Shown: positions 1 through 13,394 of the stretch, one piece after another
Numbering within the stretch: position 1 is the stretch's first letter
How the letters are laid out: the number at the start of each line of letters is the position of its first letter
Source of the DNA: Eledone cirrhosa
Taxonomy: Eukaryota
DNA: 64,000 nt
Assembly (NCBI GenBank): GCA_964016885.1
Contig: OZ024752.1
Span: 40,858,001-40,922,000, forward strand
Direction of reading: 5' to 3'
Translations under genes and position numbers: made by a program
The notes under the pieces: generated by a model
What the model was told of the DNA's origin: nothing
Databases searched by the model: none
What the model saw: only the letters and a program-made list of their open reading frames with translations

Positions 1-49
1 ATGCATGTATATATATATATATATAAAAATATGCACATATCTATGTGTT

Positions 50-86
<37 letters not shown>

Positions 87-302
87 TTGTCTATGTGTGC
101 GTGCATTTATATGTATGTATGTTTGTATCTATATATATATATATATATATATATATCACACATACATAGAGACGTACAAAAAAAAAGATATGTTGGTGTG
201 CGTCTGTGTGTGTATACGTGTGTGTCTGTGTGTGTATACGTGTGTATGTGTATGAGTGTGTGTATGGGCGCGCGTGTGTGTCTGTGTGTGTGTAAACGTG
301 TG

Positions 303-333
<31 letters not shown>

Positions 334-352
334 ATACGTGTGTGTCTGTGTG

Positions 353-383
<31 letters not shown>

Positions 384-826
384 ATACGTGTGTGTCTGTG
401 TGTGTGTGTGTTTGTATACGTGTGTGTCTGTGTGTGTATACGTGTGTGTGTGTGTGTGTTTGTATACGTGTGTGTCTGTGTGTGTGTGTTTGTATACGTG
501 TGTGTCTGTGTGTGTATACGTGTGTGCGTGTGTGTCTGTGTGTGTGTGTGTGTATGAGTGTGTGTGTGTGTGTGAGTGTGTGTCTGTGTGTGTATACGTG
601 TGTGTGTGTGTGTGTGTGTGTGTTTGTATACGTGTGTGTCTGTGTGTGTGTGTGTGTTTGTATACGTGTGTGTATGTGTGTGTATACGTGTGTCTGTGTG
701 TGTCTGTGTGTGTCTGTGTGTGTCTGTGTGTGTGTGAGTGTGTGTCTGTGTTTTTAGATGTGTGTGTGTGTTTGTGTGTGTCTGTGTGTGTATACGCGCG
801 TGTGTGTGTATACGTGTGTGTGTGTA
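1..826. repeat. (TA)n/(TG)n compound microsatellite with recurring TATACG interruptions
   Basis: Directly visible; explains the CV/HT/YI ORFs here. Confidence 0.95.
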
Positions 827-1061
827 CAGAGAGGGGAAAGAACAGAAAGTGACAGTAGATTCAGTATTTGAGGTATGATCACAGCGAGTGCTGCACAACG
901 ATCTGTCAGATTTCTGATCTGGATGCTGGGAGACTCAAGTTCGTTTTCATCCTTCGTTCGAAGTTTGGTATTTTCAATATCAATAAATAATGATATGGTA
1001 CTGTGTCAGTTCGGACTGGAAATAGCTGCAGACAGGAATTGTGGGGAGAGTGTAAACGACA

Positions 1062-1404
1062 GAATGAAGGAAGGGTGGGAGAAGGAAGGATGGGAGAAGG
1101 AAGGAAGAAAGAAAGAAGGAAGAAAGGAAAGAAGGAAAGAAGGAAAGGATGGAAGAAAGTAAGGGTGGAAGGGAGAAAGAAAGAAACGGAAGAAAGGATG
1201 GAAGAAAGAAAGAAAGAAAGGATGGAATAAATAAATAAATAAATAAATAAAGAAATAAAGAAATAAAGAAAGAAAGAAAGAAAGAATGAATAAAAGAAAG
1301 AATGACTGAAAGAATAAAAGGAAGAAAGAAGGACTGAAAGAAAGAAATAAAGACAGAAAGAAAGAACGAAAGAAAGAACCAATGAAAGAAAGAAGAACCA
1401 ATCA

Positions 1405-1492
<88 letters not shown>

Positions 1493-1570
1493 ACCAATGA
1501 AAGAAAGAAAGAAAGAAAGAAAGGCAGAGTGAACCAATGAAAGACAGAAAGAATGAAAGAAAGAAAGCCA
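1062..1570. repeat. Purine-rich (GAAA)n/(GAAG)n/(TAAA)n tract
   Basis: Directly visible. Confidence 0.95.
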
Positions 1571-1882
1571 GAGCGAGACATGACAGTATGTTAGAATGTT
1601 AATTTGTGAATGAGTGAGATTAACAGAGCGAGAGGAAGAAATAGGTATTGTCAAAGATCGTGAAACAAAATGGCTGTTTTGGATTGTTAAAGGGACCTGT
1701 GGTGGTAAATACAGACGGAGAATGAAAGGATGAGAGGGAATTAATCAGAAATGGAAGGTTTATTGGGAATTGGGAAGAAACTGTTAAATCAATAAGCATG
1801 GTCATTGATTAATTAAGAACATGTATCGATGAAACAAAACAAGCGAACACAAAAACACACACATAAACATATAAATGCATAC

Positions 1883-1916
<34 letters not shown>

Positions 1917-2211
1917 GTTTCTACTTTTGGCACAAGGCCAGCAATTAATCAAAAGAAATCAGAAATGGAACGCATAAATATATAAATACATATGTATATA
2001 TGTATTATATATAGAGTTATAAACTCAAACAGTCTTTTACAATTAAATAGCTCAAAGAAAGGGATATTTCTGAGACGTGTAATACAAATGAATATATTTT
2101 TCAATCTAGCTAACTTGGTCCTTTGCAATACAAACACTTATATACTTGTATTAGTGTTTATCCCTATCATATATTCATTTGTATGTATATATATATATAT
2201 ATATCATTATG

Positions 2212-2432
2212 TGAAGGCGTGTAGCTGAGTGGTTAGAGAATTGGATTCACAATGTTAAGGTTGTGAGTTCGATTCCTGGACCGGGCGATGCGTTATGTCC
2301 TTGGGCAAGACACTTTATTTCACGTTGCTCCTTCTACCTGGAGTTGCGACCGATAGATAGTACTAGCAACTGGAAAGACCAAAGGAAACATTGTTTCCTC
2401 GGTCCGATTTGACGAAAGTCGATCGATCCTTT
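2212..2432 (+). mobile_element. tRNA-derived SINE, family 2 (CORE-like)
   Basis: A box TAGCTGAGTGG and B box GAGTTCGATTCC, then TGTCCTTGGGCAAGACACTT resembling the 5' CORE domain; homologous copies at 50735, 54360 and 59376. Confidence 0.85.
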
Positions 2433-2441
2433 TATATATCA

Positions 2442-3350
2442 CTAGCAGTAAAGCCCGGCGTTGCTCGGGGTCGCTCAGTAGCTGTGTTAAAGTTACAATG
2501 TTAAGTTTCTTTCTTGGCTTAAAAACTGTAGTGTCTACTGTGCAGACTTGCATGTGGTGTTTTTGATTAATATTCCCTCAACCAACAATATGCCTTATGA
2601 AGTTAAGAAAACATAACGATAACCCGAATGTTATAACAAAAGAGGATGCTGGGGATAGAAACTGCACTGGTTATTTATTAACAAAGATCGAAAATGTAAA
2701 CACTGCAACGCAGAGAAAAACATTAGCGTAACCAAATTATCAGTTATGTCTGTCTGCACGACTGTCTGTCTGCACGCCTATATCACCTCTCTGCACGACT
2801 GTCTGTCTGCACGCCTATATCACCTCTCTGCACGACTGTCTGTCTGCACGCCTATATCACCTCTCTGCACGACTGTCTGTCTGCACGCGTATATCACCTC
2901 TCTGCACGACTGTCTGCACGCCTAACGACGAAATATTTGCTTGTTTTACGTAGTCTTTAAATAGACTTGTTTTCAAGTAAAAATATTGTTTTAAAATGCT
3001 TTTAAATGGAAATGAAGCAAAACGGAAGCTTAGTGTTCGAACTGATGAATTTTGCAGGTCAATATTTTGCTGGCTCGACAACTGTTAAAGCCAGCGTAAT
3101 TTTTTACGTAAGACGCTCAATGTAAACAGAACAAAGGGAAATAACTGATAACTTACGCTCAAAAATCGATACATTATATTCGATTTCGTCACATAGGGTG
3201 GGTCAATTTGAAATTTTTTTTTCCGATGTCTTCGCTAGGGCTCAATGTACAAGTATAGCAATTTCGGTGCAATTCCGTGAGAGATTCTAAGAGGAGATGT
3301 GTGCCAAAAATCGATAGACAGACAGACAACCACAGTTTTATATATATAGA
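2442..3350 (-). mobile_element. Non-autonomous Helitron, complete (909 bp)
   Basis: Minus strand starts A|TC (TCTATATATATAAAA, then (CTGT)n) and ends with hairpin CCCGAGCAACGCCGGG (2454-2469) plus CTAG|T; no TSD; empty site matches the inverted-repeat arm ending at 3515. Confidence 0.9.
2761..2908. repeat. 37-bp minisatellite x4 inside the Helitron
   Basis: Unit ACTGTCTGTCTGCACGCCTATATCACCTCTCTGCACG. Confidence 0.95.
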
Positions 3351-3515
3351 TTATAAGAAAGTTAATGAAATATATACATACACACTTAAGCGTGCATTAC
3401 GATATATCAAAACTAGAGACAATCTGCACTAAATATAAGATATATATATAGTTGATATATCGTAATGCACGCTTAACTGTGTATGTATATATTTCATTAA
3501 CTTTCTTATAATGAT
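3351..3515. repeat. Fold-back inverted repeat, arms about 60 bp
   Basis: 3351-3410 is the reverse complement of 3452-3511 with one mismatch. Confidence 0.9.
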
Positions 3516-3637
3516 TAAGGGTCGATTTTATTCTCTGAATTCTATCTTGAGCTGTTTTTAGAGTCAAGACATATGTTTGATTTTGTATCATTCATGACAT
3601 CCTTTACTTTGAATGTAATATAATAATAATACGTATA

Positions 3638-3906
3638 AGGTTCATAATATGTGGTGACAGTCAAGTTTGCAATTTTCAACAGTTGAAAATTGCAAACTTG
3701 ACTGTCACCACACATTATGAACCTGAAGATTGCGAAAGCATGAAAGTACTTGTTCAATTAACACTTAACATTTAATATTCTATCATACTATTTCATTATA
3801 ATACCATTATAAATTTTAAAGGATTGTAAATAAAACGAGTAAATCAGACAAAGTTGGAATTCCTCTTATTAATATAATCTTCTATACACAATCATACACG
3901 CCCGTG
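3638..3906 (+). mobile_element. Hammerhead-bearing fold-back element, family A (PLE pseudo-LTR-like)
   Basis: Palindrome centred at 3681, then hammerhead and a tail of about 150 bp ending at (TA)n; homologous to 38465-38867. Confidence 0.75.
3718..3756 (+). ncRNA. Type I minimal hammerhead ribozyme motif (family A)
   Basis: Stem I TGAAC/GTTCA; CTGAAGA 3723-3729; stem II t-TGC-GAAA-GCA-t; GAAA; palindromic stem III AGTACT; predicted cleavage after 3751. Confidence 0.8.
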
Positions 3907-3908
3907 TA

Positions 3909-3942
<34 letters not shown>

Positions 3943-3947
<5 letters not shown>

Positions 3948-4068
3948 TTGTTTCTACTTTTGGCACAAGGCCAGCAATTAAGCCAGTACATTACTGGTAC
4001 TTTATTTTATCGACCCTGTAAGGATGAAACACAAAGTTAACCTCTGCGGGATTTGAACTCAGACCGTA
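3943..4068 (-). mobile_element. tRNA-SINE family 1, 5'-truncated
   Basis: Matches the family-1 body and tail; tail-only pieces also at 1912-1948 and 51787-51822. Confidence 0.85.
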
Positions 4069-4127
4069 AAAGATAGATAGACAAACAGACAGATAGATAG
4101 ATAAATAGATAGGCAGACAGACAGACA

Positions 4128-4197
<70 letters not shown>

Positions 4198-4208
4198 TAG
4201 ATAGATAG

Positions 4209-4363
4209 ATTTTTTTATTTGCCACAAGGCGCACAAGAAAAGGGAACAATACAAAGACGTATGCGGGGGTTTTACATACAATCGTGTAAAAAAAGATAGA
4301 TAGATAGATAGATATATTTCTTTATTAGCCACAGGGGCACAAAAGAAGGGGACAAATACAAAG

Positions 4364-4365
<2 letters not shown>
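4209..4365 (-). mobile_element. Two 3'-tail fragments of the Tx1-like element, in (GATA)n
   Basis: 4317-4363 is the reverse complement of 44171-44217 (CTTTGTATTTGTCCCCTTCTTTTGTGCCCCTGTGGCTAATAAAGAAA); a diverged copy starts at about 4212. Confidence 0.75.
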
Positions 4366-4432
<67 letters not shown>

Positions 4433-4819
4433 ATAGATATGTGTCTTATGTGTCTTTTTAAGAAACAAAACATAGATTTGTATTTTCTATCAATTAAGGC
4501 TTTTACAGAAGTCCTTTATGTTTCGTGAAGGACAATAAATTGCCTATGACCATCTACGACATAAGAGCTTCCCTGTCATTTCTTCTGGATGAAAGGATTT
4601 TACTGGTCTTAGTTATTGCCGTTTTATTGGAGGCGATGGGGATGGGCATACAGTTGTATCTGGTTCTTACTCAGAATTTTCATTTTCTTCCCATTGGCGT
4701 TAGCTTTCTTTCTGCAATTAGTAATTCTATTTCGTGTGATGTCTGTTATATGTTTGTTGCTGAGATGCAAATGTACCATCTGTGTGTTATGTTTTAACTA
4801 TTATATTTCAGTATTAATG

Positions 4820-5578
4820 GGGGAGGTGGATTGGCAGTATCGGTAGATCGTCGGACACCATGCTTTCGCGGCATAGAGTTACGTTCTTTTACGTTTAATC
4901 AATTTTTCCCTCTCCTCAAATTGCTGGCCTTGTGCTTATAGTAGAAATTATTATTATCATTATTAGGGTGGTGGATAGGCAGTATCGGTAGAGGGTCGGA
5001 CGCCATGCTTTGATTCATAGAGTTACGGCCCTTTATGATCTGAGTTCAAATCCCTCTGAAGTTAACTTGGCCTTTCATCGTTACGGGGGTCGATAAAATA
5101 AAGTACCAGTAATGCACTGGGATAATTGCTGGTCTTGTGCCAAAAGTAGAAACAGTTATTAATAGAGTTCAGGGCGGTGGATTAGCAGTATCGGTAGAGG
5201 GTTCGACGCCATTCTTTGCAGCAGAGAGTTACGGCCCTTTATGATCTGAGTTCAAGTCCCACCGAGTTTAACCTTGCCTTTCATCCTTACGTGGGTCGAT
5301 AAATAAAAACACCAGTAATGCACTGGGGTCGATTTAATCGACATTCCCCTCCACTTCAGATTTCTGGCCTTGTGCCTAAAGTAGAAATAATTATATTTCA
5401 CTATTAAAGGGTCGGACGCCATGCTTTCCAGCATAGTTACGTCCCTTTACGGTCTGAGTTCAATTTCCGTCGAGGTTAACTTTGCCTTTCATCTTTACGG
5501 GGGTCGATAAAATAAAGTACCAGTAATGCACTGGGATAATTTGCTGGCCTTGTGCCAAAAGTAGAAACAATTATTAAT
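4820..5578 (+). mobile_element. Cluster of four head-to-tail tRNA-SINE family 1 copies
   Basis: A-box-like TGGCAGTATCGG, B box GAGTTCAAATCC, core GCCTTTCATCCTTACGGGGTCGATAAAATAAAGTACCAG (resembles the Meta-SINE domain, from memory), tail GGCCTTGTGCCAAAAGTAGAAACAATTATT. Confidence 0.9.
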
Positions 5579-5929
5579 ATAACTTTCGTGAATAATCTTC
5601 TTGGATATTTTTGTATTCTATTGTACAAACCTACCCTTTATTTTAGTATCTCATGCATTGCCCCTTAAACCTTCCAGCGGGGAGATACTATCCTCAGTTA
5701 AAAAACTGTGTTAACCTCTCAACCACACGCAATGGTCAGCGAGTCAACTGCTATCCTTCTTTAGCTAGTTTTCACCAACGTGTTAGATCAGACAACCGTA
5801 TGTAGTTGTGTGGGCCCCTTTGACCCCTCTTTCTGGCAACCAATATTTTGAGACCCAGTCCGCAAATATATATATATGAATAAAAAATGGCGTAGACATA
5901 CAACACAACAGGAGGAAAAAAAATATAAC

Positions 5930-5972
5930 ACCACTGACGATGTTGCAGATGTGCAACGAAAGATTTATGTAA
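5930..5972 (+). ncRNA. Candidate degenerate hammerhead (family H)
   Basis: CTGACGA (5934) t GTTGCA-gatg-TGCAAC GAAA GATT TA; stem I only 2 bp. Confidence 0.5.
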
Positions 5973-6175
5973 ATTATGTAAACTATATATATGTGTTTGT
6001 GTCTATATTGTATCTGTATTATTTTTGACCGTCGGTCAGTCAATGGCAACATTGAGGACCGAGTAAGTTAGATCGCAGATATAAAAGACAGCTAGAAGCG
6101 AAAACCAACCAAACAGTGAGTGTGTTCTGTTATTAATTCTGGCAATATTACGCAAATATGACCCTCCCCAAGTAT

Positions 6176-6233
<58 letters not shown>

Positions 6234-6287
6234 CATATACTGTACCGATTGTGTTGTTATTTCTATTCACCTTTTACATACATACAT

Positions 6288-6321
<34 letters not shown>

Positions 6322-6375
6322 CGTTTCTGAATTTGTTTAGCAAGACTCTTTATCTGAAAACGTGTGTTGAAACCG

Positions 6376-6474
6376 ATATTGTTATACTTTGGGAGGGTCA
6401 TGTTGCCAATAAGAAACACAAGCAACTGGAGCGTGTGTTTCTTATTCGCAACATGACCCTCCTAAAGTATAACA

Positions 6475-6478
<4 letters not shown>
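6376..6478. repeat. Fold-back element, arms about 45 bp, abutting (TA)n
   Basis: ATATTGTTATACTTTGGGAGGGTCATGTTG...CAACATGACCCTCCTAAAGTATAACAATAT; the same end recurs at 6158-6182. Confidence 0.8.
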
Positions 6479-6556
<78 letters not shown>

Positions 6557-6621
6557 GTGGAACACTGGTGGGATATATCCGTAGTAGTAGTAGAGCACTC
6601 AGTCCATGGGACGAGTTTGGT

Positions 6622-6690
<69 letters not shown>

Positions 6691-6692
<2 letters not shown>

Positions 6693-6879
6693 CGAAGGAA
6701 ATGTGGTAAGGAAACAGATGGACCATAACGCACCAAAGTACTCAATACTTAGGGTAGTAGAGTGGGTAATAGGAACGAGTAGGACCCCGACGGCTGAGCT
6801 CAAGCCGTTTCGACGGCTAATTCTGTCCAGAATTAGCTGTCGAAACGGCTTGAGCTCAGCCGTCGGGGTCCTACTCGTT

Positions 6880-6882
<3 letters not shown>
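6691..6882. mobile_element. Family B fold-back element containing the 3' half of a hammerhead
   Basis: Palindrome centred at 6826/6827; GAAA-CGGC-ttgagctca-GCC-GTC on both strands; (TA)n on both sides. Confidence 0.75.
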
Positions 6883-6925
<43 letters not shown>

Positions 6926-6932
6926 CACACAC

Positions 6933-6994
<62 letters not shown>

Positions 6995-8079
6995 TGCTCT
7001 CCATTGTGTCTGATTAGCAAATAAATCTACCCAAGCATTGAAGCTGGTTTTAATCGAATAAGGCTGCGAGCTGGTCATTTGCGAAACACGTGATACCCTT
7101 TATTACGAATAAAATACTCGTATGTTATATTAAATTGAAACTTCGACCTCTCATTGGTAACACTAGACAAGCTTGGCCTTAATGAAGAACACACACTCTG
7201 TTTAAATACGTGTATGTATGTGCATGCATGCATTAGGTTATGTCTATGTGTATGTCTATATTAAAATATAATAATCATTATCGTTTTACTAACCACACGA
7301 ATACTGGTAATTGCTTCATGGCTATGTTTTGGGCTTGTTTTATATATATATATATATATATATCCTTTGTTAACTCTGTCTTTTGTTATTTATTTATTTA
7401 TTTGTTTATTTATTTGTTTATTTATTTGTTTGTTTGTTTGTTTATTTATTTATTCCGTTCTTTGTCTTTATGTCTTAATTTTTTTTCTCTTCGTTTTTCT
7501 TCCACATGTTAGTATATATATTTTCATGTTCCTCTTATTTTCCATTCGATTATCTCACTCACTCGTTCACTCGCTCACTCCCTTATTCTATCAATTTCTC
7601 ATTCGCTCACTCGCTCATTCCCTCATTCGCCCACTCGCTCATTCTCTCATTCGCTCATTCTCTCATTCGCTCAGTCGCTCATTCTCTCATTCGCTTACTC
7701 GCTCATTCTCTCATTCGCTCACTCGCTCTTTCTCTCATTCTCTCGCTCAACCTCTCATTCACCTACTCGTTCTTTCTCTCATTTGCTCACTCACTCATTC
7801 GCTCATTCACTCAATATCTCATTCGGTCATTCACCCACTCGCTCATTCTCTCATTCGCTCAATCACTTTTTCTCTCATTCACACACTCATTCTCTTATTT
7901 CCTCGCTAACACATTGCCTCGCTTGCACACAACACACATAGCTTCTCTCTCTCTCTCTCTCTCTCTCTCGCTCTCTCTCTAAATCATGCAAACTTCTTCT
8001 CTCTCTCACACACACACACACTCTCTCTCTCCCTCCCTCTCTCTCTCTCTTTCTCTCTCTCTAAATCATGCAAACTTCT

Positions 8080-8110
<31 letters not shown>

Positions 8111-8669
8111 CTCTCTCCCTCTCTCTCTCTCTCTCTTTCGCTCTCTCTCTAAATCATGCAAACTTCTTCTCTCACACACACACACATACACACACACACT
8201 CTCTCTCTCTCCCTCTCTCTCTCTCTTTCTCTCTCTCTAAATCATATACAAACTTCCTCGTTATTCTTCTCTTCGCCGTCCCTTCATAACCCCCGACCCC
8301 CCCCCCCCCTCCCATACCCGCTACCGTTCTCAGCCCGTTATCACTCTGTAATCTAAACGGCATCTTTATGAAGTAAACTATCCCTTCTTCGCTCCCATTC
8401 TCAATAACTGAAGACAAAACTGAGCTTTACGATCGAATGCACGAGATAAGAGAAAGTCCATAGCTTTCATTATCTCTTCCCAGTTTTGTCAGACAAGATT
8501 CTCTTTCCGTCTCTCATTTTCACTTACAACCACTGTCACTACGCACGCTTTTACGACCCTACTACAACCACGCCGCCCCGCCCCGCCCCGCCCCGCTCCA
8601 CACATGTTTTCCCCCACCCCACATCACCCCACACCACTCCACACCACACCATCCCCACCCACTTTACCT

Positions 8670-9080
8670 CACACATACTTCTTATTACTGTTACCACTAT
8701 TACCACTCTCCATTTTACAAACAACCACCCCTACCTCTACCCACCCACTATTTCCACTCCCCCCCCACCCTATCCCATACCATACCACCCCCACAGATAC
8801 TTCTTATTTCTGTTACTACTTCCACTCTCCATTTTACAAACAACCACCCCCCACACACCCAACCACTATTTCCACTCCCCCCACCCTATCCCATACCATA
8901 CCACCCCCACAGATACTTCTTATTTCTGTTACTACTTCCACTCTCCATTTTACAAACAACCCCCGCCCCACTCACCCACTATTTCCCCTCCCCCCACCCT
9001 ATCCCATACCATACCACCCCCACAGATACTTCTTATTTCTATTACTACTTCCACTCTCCATTTTACAACAACCACCACCA
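8670..9080. repeat. C-rich minisatellite, unit about 115 bp, about 4 copies
   Basis: Recurring CCACCCTATCCCATACCATACCACCCCCACAGATACTTCTTATTTCTGTTACTACTTCCACTCTCCATTTTACAAAC. Confidence 0.85.
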
Positions 9081-9369
9081 CCCACTATCCCACACACCCC
9101 ACCATACCACCCCACCACACCCACCACACCACATCACCCATTTCTGTTACACTGCTTCCATCCTCCATTTTCTACATTCTACTCTCCTTCTGCATCTCCA
9201 GCTAACTTACCTCCCCTTCTTCTCCTCTCCTTCTTCTCCGCCATTTTTATTTTCAACATAACATTCGTTGATAGACATACACAGACAGACAAAGACAACG
9301 AAATAGGACAGACAAAAGTCATATATCTTCCCAAACTCTTACGTATAGTGATATCTAAAGCAACTACAT

Positions 9370-11283
9370 ATATGCGCACACATATGCACACGTACACGTA
9401 CACATATACACACACACGTACACGCACACATATGCACACGCACACGCACACATATGCACACGTACACGCACACATATGCACACGTACAAGCACACATATG
9501 CACAAGTACACGCACACATATGCACACGTATACGCACACATATGCACTCATACACGCACACATATGCACACGTACACGCACACATATGCACACGTACACG
9601 CACACATATGCACAAGTACACGCACACATAAGCACACGTACACGCACACATATGCACACGTACACGCACACATATGCACACGTACACGCGCACATATGCA
9701 CACGTACAAGCACACATATGCACAAGTACACGCACACATATGCACACGTATACGCACACATATGCACTCATACACGCACACATATGCACACGTACACGCA
9801 CACATATGCACACGTACACGCACACATATGCACAAGTACACGCACACATAAGCACACGTACACGCACACATATGCACACGTACACGCACACATATGCACA
9901 CGTACACGCGCACATATGCACACGTACACGCACACATATGCACACGTACACGCACACATATGCACACGTACACGCACACATAGGCACACATACACGCACA
10001 CATAAGCACAAGTACACGCGCACACATACACACACGTACACGCACACATAAGCACAAGTACACGCACACATATTCACACGTTCACGCACACATATACGCA
10101 CGTACACGCACACATATGCACAGGTACACGCAAACATATATCACACGCACACATATATCACACGCACACATATATCACACGCACACATATATCACACGTA
10201 CACTCACACATAAGCACACGTACACGCACACATATACACACGTAGACGCACACATATGCACAGGTACACGCACACATATATCACACGCACACATATATCA
10301 CACGTACACTCACACATAAGCACACCTACACGCACACATATACACACGTACACGCACACATATGCACAGGTACACGCACACATATATCACAGGCACACAT
10401 ATATCACACGCACACATATATCACACGTACACTCACACATAAGCACACATATACACACGTACACACACACATATGCACAGGTATACGCACACATATGCAC
10501 AAGTACACGCACACATATGCACAAGTACACGCACGCATACGCACACGTATACCCACACATATGCACACGTACACGCACACATATGCACACGCACACGCAC
10601 ACATAAGCACACGTACACGCACACATAGGCACACGTACACGCACACATATACACACGTAGACGCACACATATGCACAGGTACACGCACACATATATCACA
10701 CGCACAGATATATCACACGCACACATATATCACACGTACACTCACACATAAGCACACCTACACGCACACATATACACACGTACACGCACACATATGCACA
10801 GGTACACGCACACATATATCACAGGCACACATATATCACACGCACACATATATCACACGTACACTCACACATAAGCACACCTACACGCACACATATACAC
10901 ACGTACACGCACACATATGCACAGGTACACGCACACATATGCACACATACACGCACACATATGCACACATACACGCACACATATGCACACGTACACGCAC
11001 ACATAAGCACACATACACGCACACATATGCACAAGTACACGCACACATATTCACACGTTCACGCACACATACGCACACGTTTACGCACACATAGGCACAC
11101 GTACACGCACACATACACAAACGTACACGCACACATAAGCACACATACACGCGCACATAAGCACACCTACACGCACACATATACACACGTACACGCACAC
11201 ATATGCACAGGTACACGCACACATATATCACACGCACACATATATCACACGCACACATATATCACACGTACACTCACACACAC
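9370..11283. repeat. (CA)-derived minisatellite, unit about 22 bp
   Basis: Unit GCACACATATGCACACGTACAC with variants. Confidence 0.9.
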
Positions 11284-11446
11284 GTGTGAACAAACACATA
11301 CACACAGTTCCCTGCAAGATGTCTATCTCTGTGAACATTCCACGGACGACCTTTTACCAGCCGTCGCCGAATAACTCACTGGCCGAATCTATACGAACGG
11401 ATAACACATAAACACTTCTTAACGGACACAAATGAATGTATGTATG

Positions 11447-11503
<57 letters not shown>

Positions 11504-11653
11504 TACTCACTGGCCGAATCTATACGAACGGATAACACATAAACACTTCTTAACGGACACAAATGAATGTATGTATGTATGTGTATATATATATGTGTGT
11601 GTATATATATATATATGTGTGTATGTATGTACGTATGTATGTGTATATGTATG

Positions 11654-11687
<34 letters not shown>

Positions 11688-11695
11688 TGTATGTG

Positions 11696-11731
<36 letters not shown>

Positions 11732-11785
11732 TGTATGTATGTATGTATGTATGTGTGTATGTGTATATATATATATGTGTGTGTG

Positions 11786-11816
<31 letters not shown>

Positions 11817-11817
11817 G

Positions 11818-11867
<50 letters not shown>

Positions 11868-11873
11868 TGTATG

Positions 11874-11905
<32 letters not shown>

Positions 11906-11918
11906 CGTATGTATGTAT

Positions 11919-11964
<46 letters not shown>

Positions 11965-12366
11965 ATATGTGTGTGTATGTATGGATGTATGTATGTATAT
12001 ATACGTATATGTATATACATACATAGAAACATGCATATATATATATATATATGTACATATGTTTATGTATATATGTATATATATGTTTATGTATGTATGT
12101 ATGTATGTGTTTATGTATATATGTATGTATATGTTTATGTATATATATGTATATGTGTGTGTGTATGTATGTATATATGTATATATGTGTATGTATGTAC
12201 GTGTATATAAATATATATATATATAGGAAGAAGTATGACCCCGACGGCAGAGCTCAAGCCGTTTCGACATGTATATATATGTATGTACGTGTATATTATA
12301 TATATATATATACACGTACATACATATATATACATGTGTGTAAGTATGTATATATATATATATATG

Positions 12367-12449
<83 letters not shown>

Positions 12450-12496
12450 GAAGAAGTATGACCCCGACGGCAGAGCTCAAGCCGTTTCGACGGCTA

Positions 12497-12554
<58 letters not shown>

Positions 12555-12572
12555 ACTTACAAGAGATACATA

Positions 12573-12769
12573 CAAGAGTATGCTGAAATTTTCATAGGCT
12601 GACTACGAAAGAGTGATGCTAGAGCTGTGAAATCTGGCATATATTAATCATTAATTTGAAATCTTCATATCAATAACTGCATTCATTCTTTCCATGTTGA
12701 AAAATAAACCTCACTTCGTCATTCCATGAGAGTATCTTGGTCAGCCTACGAACTTTTCAACCGACCCAC

Positions 12770-12770
<1 letters not shown>
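12573..12770. mobile_element. Tc1/mariner-type MITE (198 bp)
   Basis: TA flanks; imperfect TIRs of about 31 bp (CAAGAGTATGCTGAAATTTTCATAGGCTGAC vs CGTGGGTCGGTTGAAAAGTTCGTAGGCTGAC); body homologous to 58146-58563. Confidence 0.7.
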
Positions 12771-12814
<44 letters not shown>

Positions 12815-12819
<5 letters not shown>

Positions 12820-12913
12820 AAGGAATTGTGGTAATGCACCAGAGTACTCAATACTTAGGGTAGCAGAGTGGGAAATAGGAAAAAGTATGACCCCGACGGC
12901 AGAGCTCAAGCCG

Positions 12914-12951
<38 letters not shown>

Positions 12952-13097
12952 GCCGTCCAGAAATAGCCGTCGAAAAGACTTGAGCTCTGCCGACGGGGAC
13001 AAACTTTTTCCTATTACCTATTACCCACTCTACTACCCTAAGTATTGAGTACTCTGCTGCGTTATGGTCCATCTGGTTCCTTACCACACCTCCTTCG

Positions 13098-13100
<3 letters not shown>
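12815..13100. mobile_element. Family B inverted pair separated by (TA)n
   Basis: Minus arm 12815-12917, plus arm 12946-13100; short fragments also at 12225-12268 and 12448-12498. Confidence 0.8.
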
Positions 13101-13162
<62 letters not shown>

Positions 13163-13351
13163 TATAAATATAGATATATATATATACATACATACACACA
13201 CACATATATATATAATACATACATACATACATATATATATATATACTTACATACATGTATATATATGTATGTATATACGTGTATATATATATATTTATAT
13301 ACACGTACATCCATACATATATATACATATATACATACACACACACACACA

Positions 13352-13394
<43 letters not shown>

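Noticed and set aside
830-1060. Exon-like unique island (also 4500-4790, 14238-14420, 17846-18090)
   Set aside because: No recognisable protein, and no frame with convincing paired splice sites
2212-2285. tRNA gene (also 59376 and 51290)
   Set aside because: A/B boxes continue into a SINE body or are truncated; no complete cloverleaf
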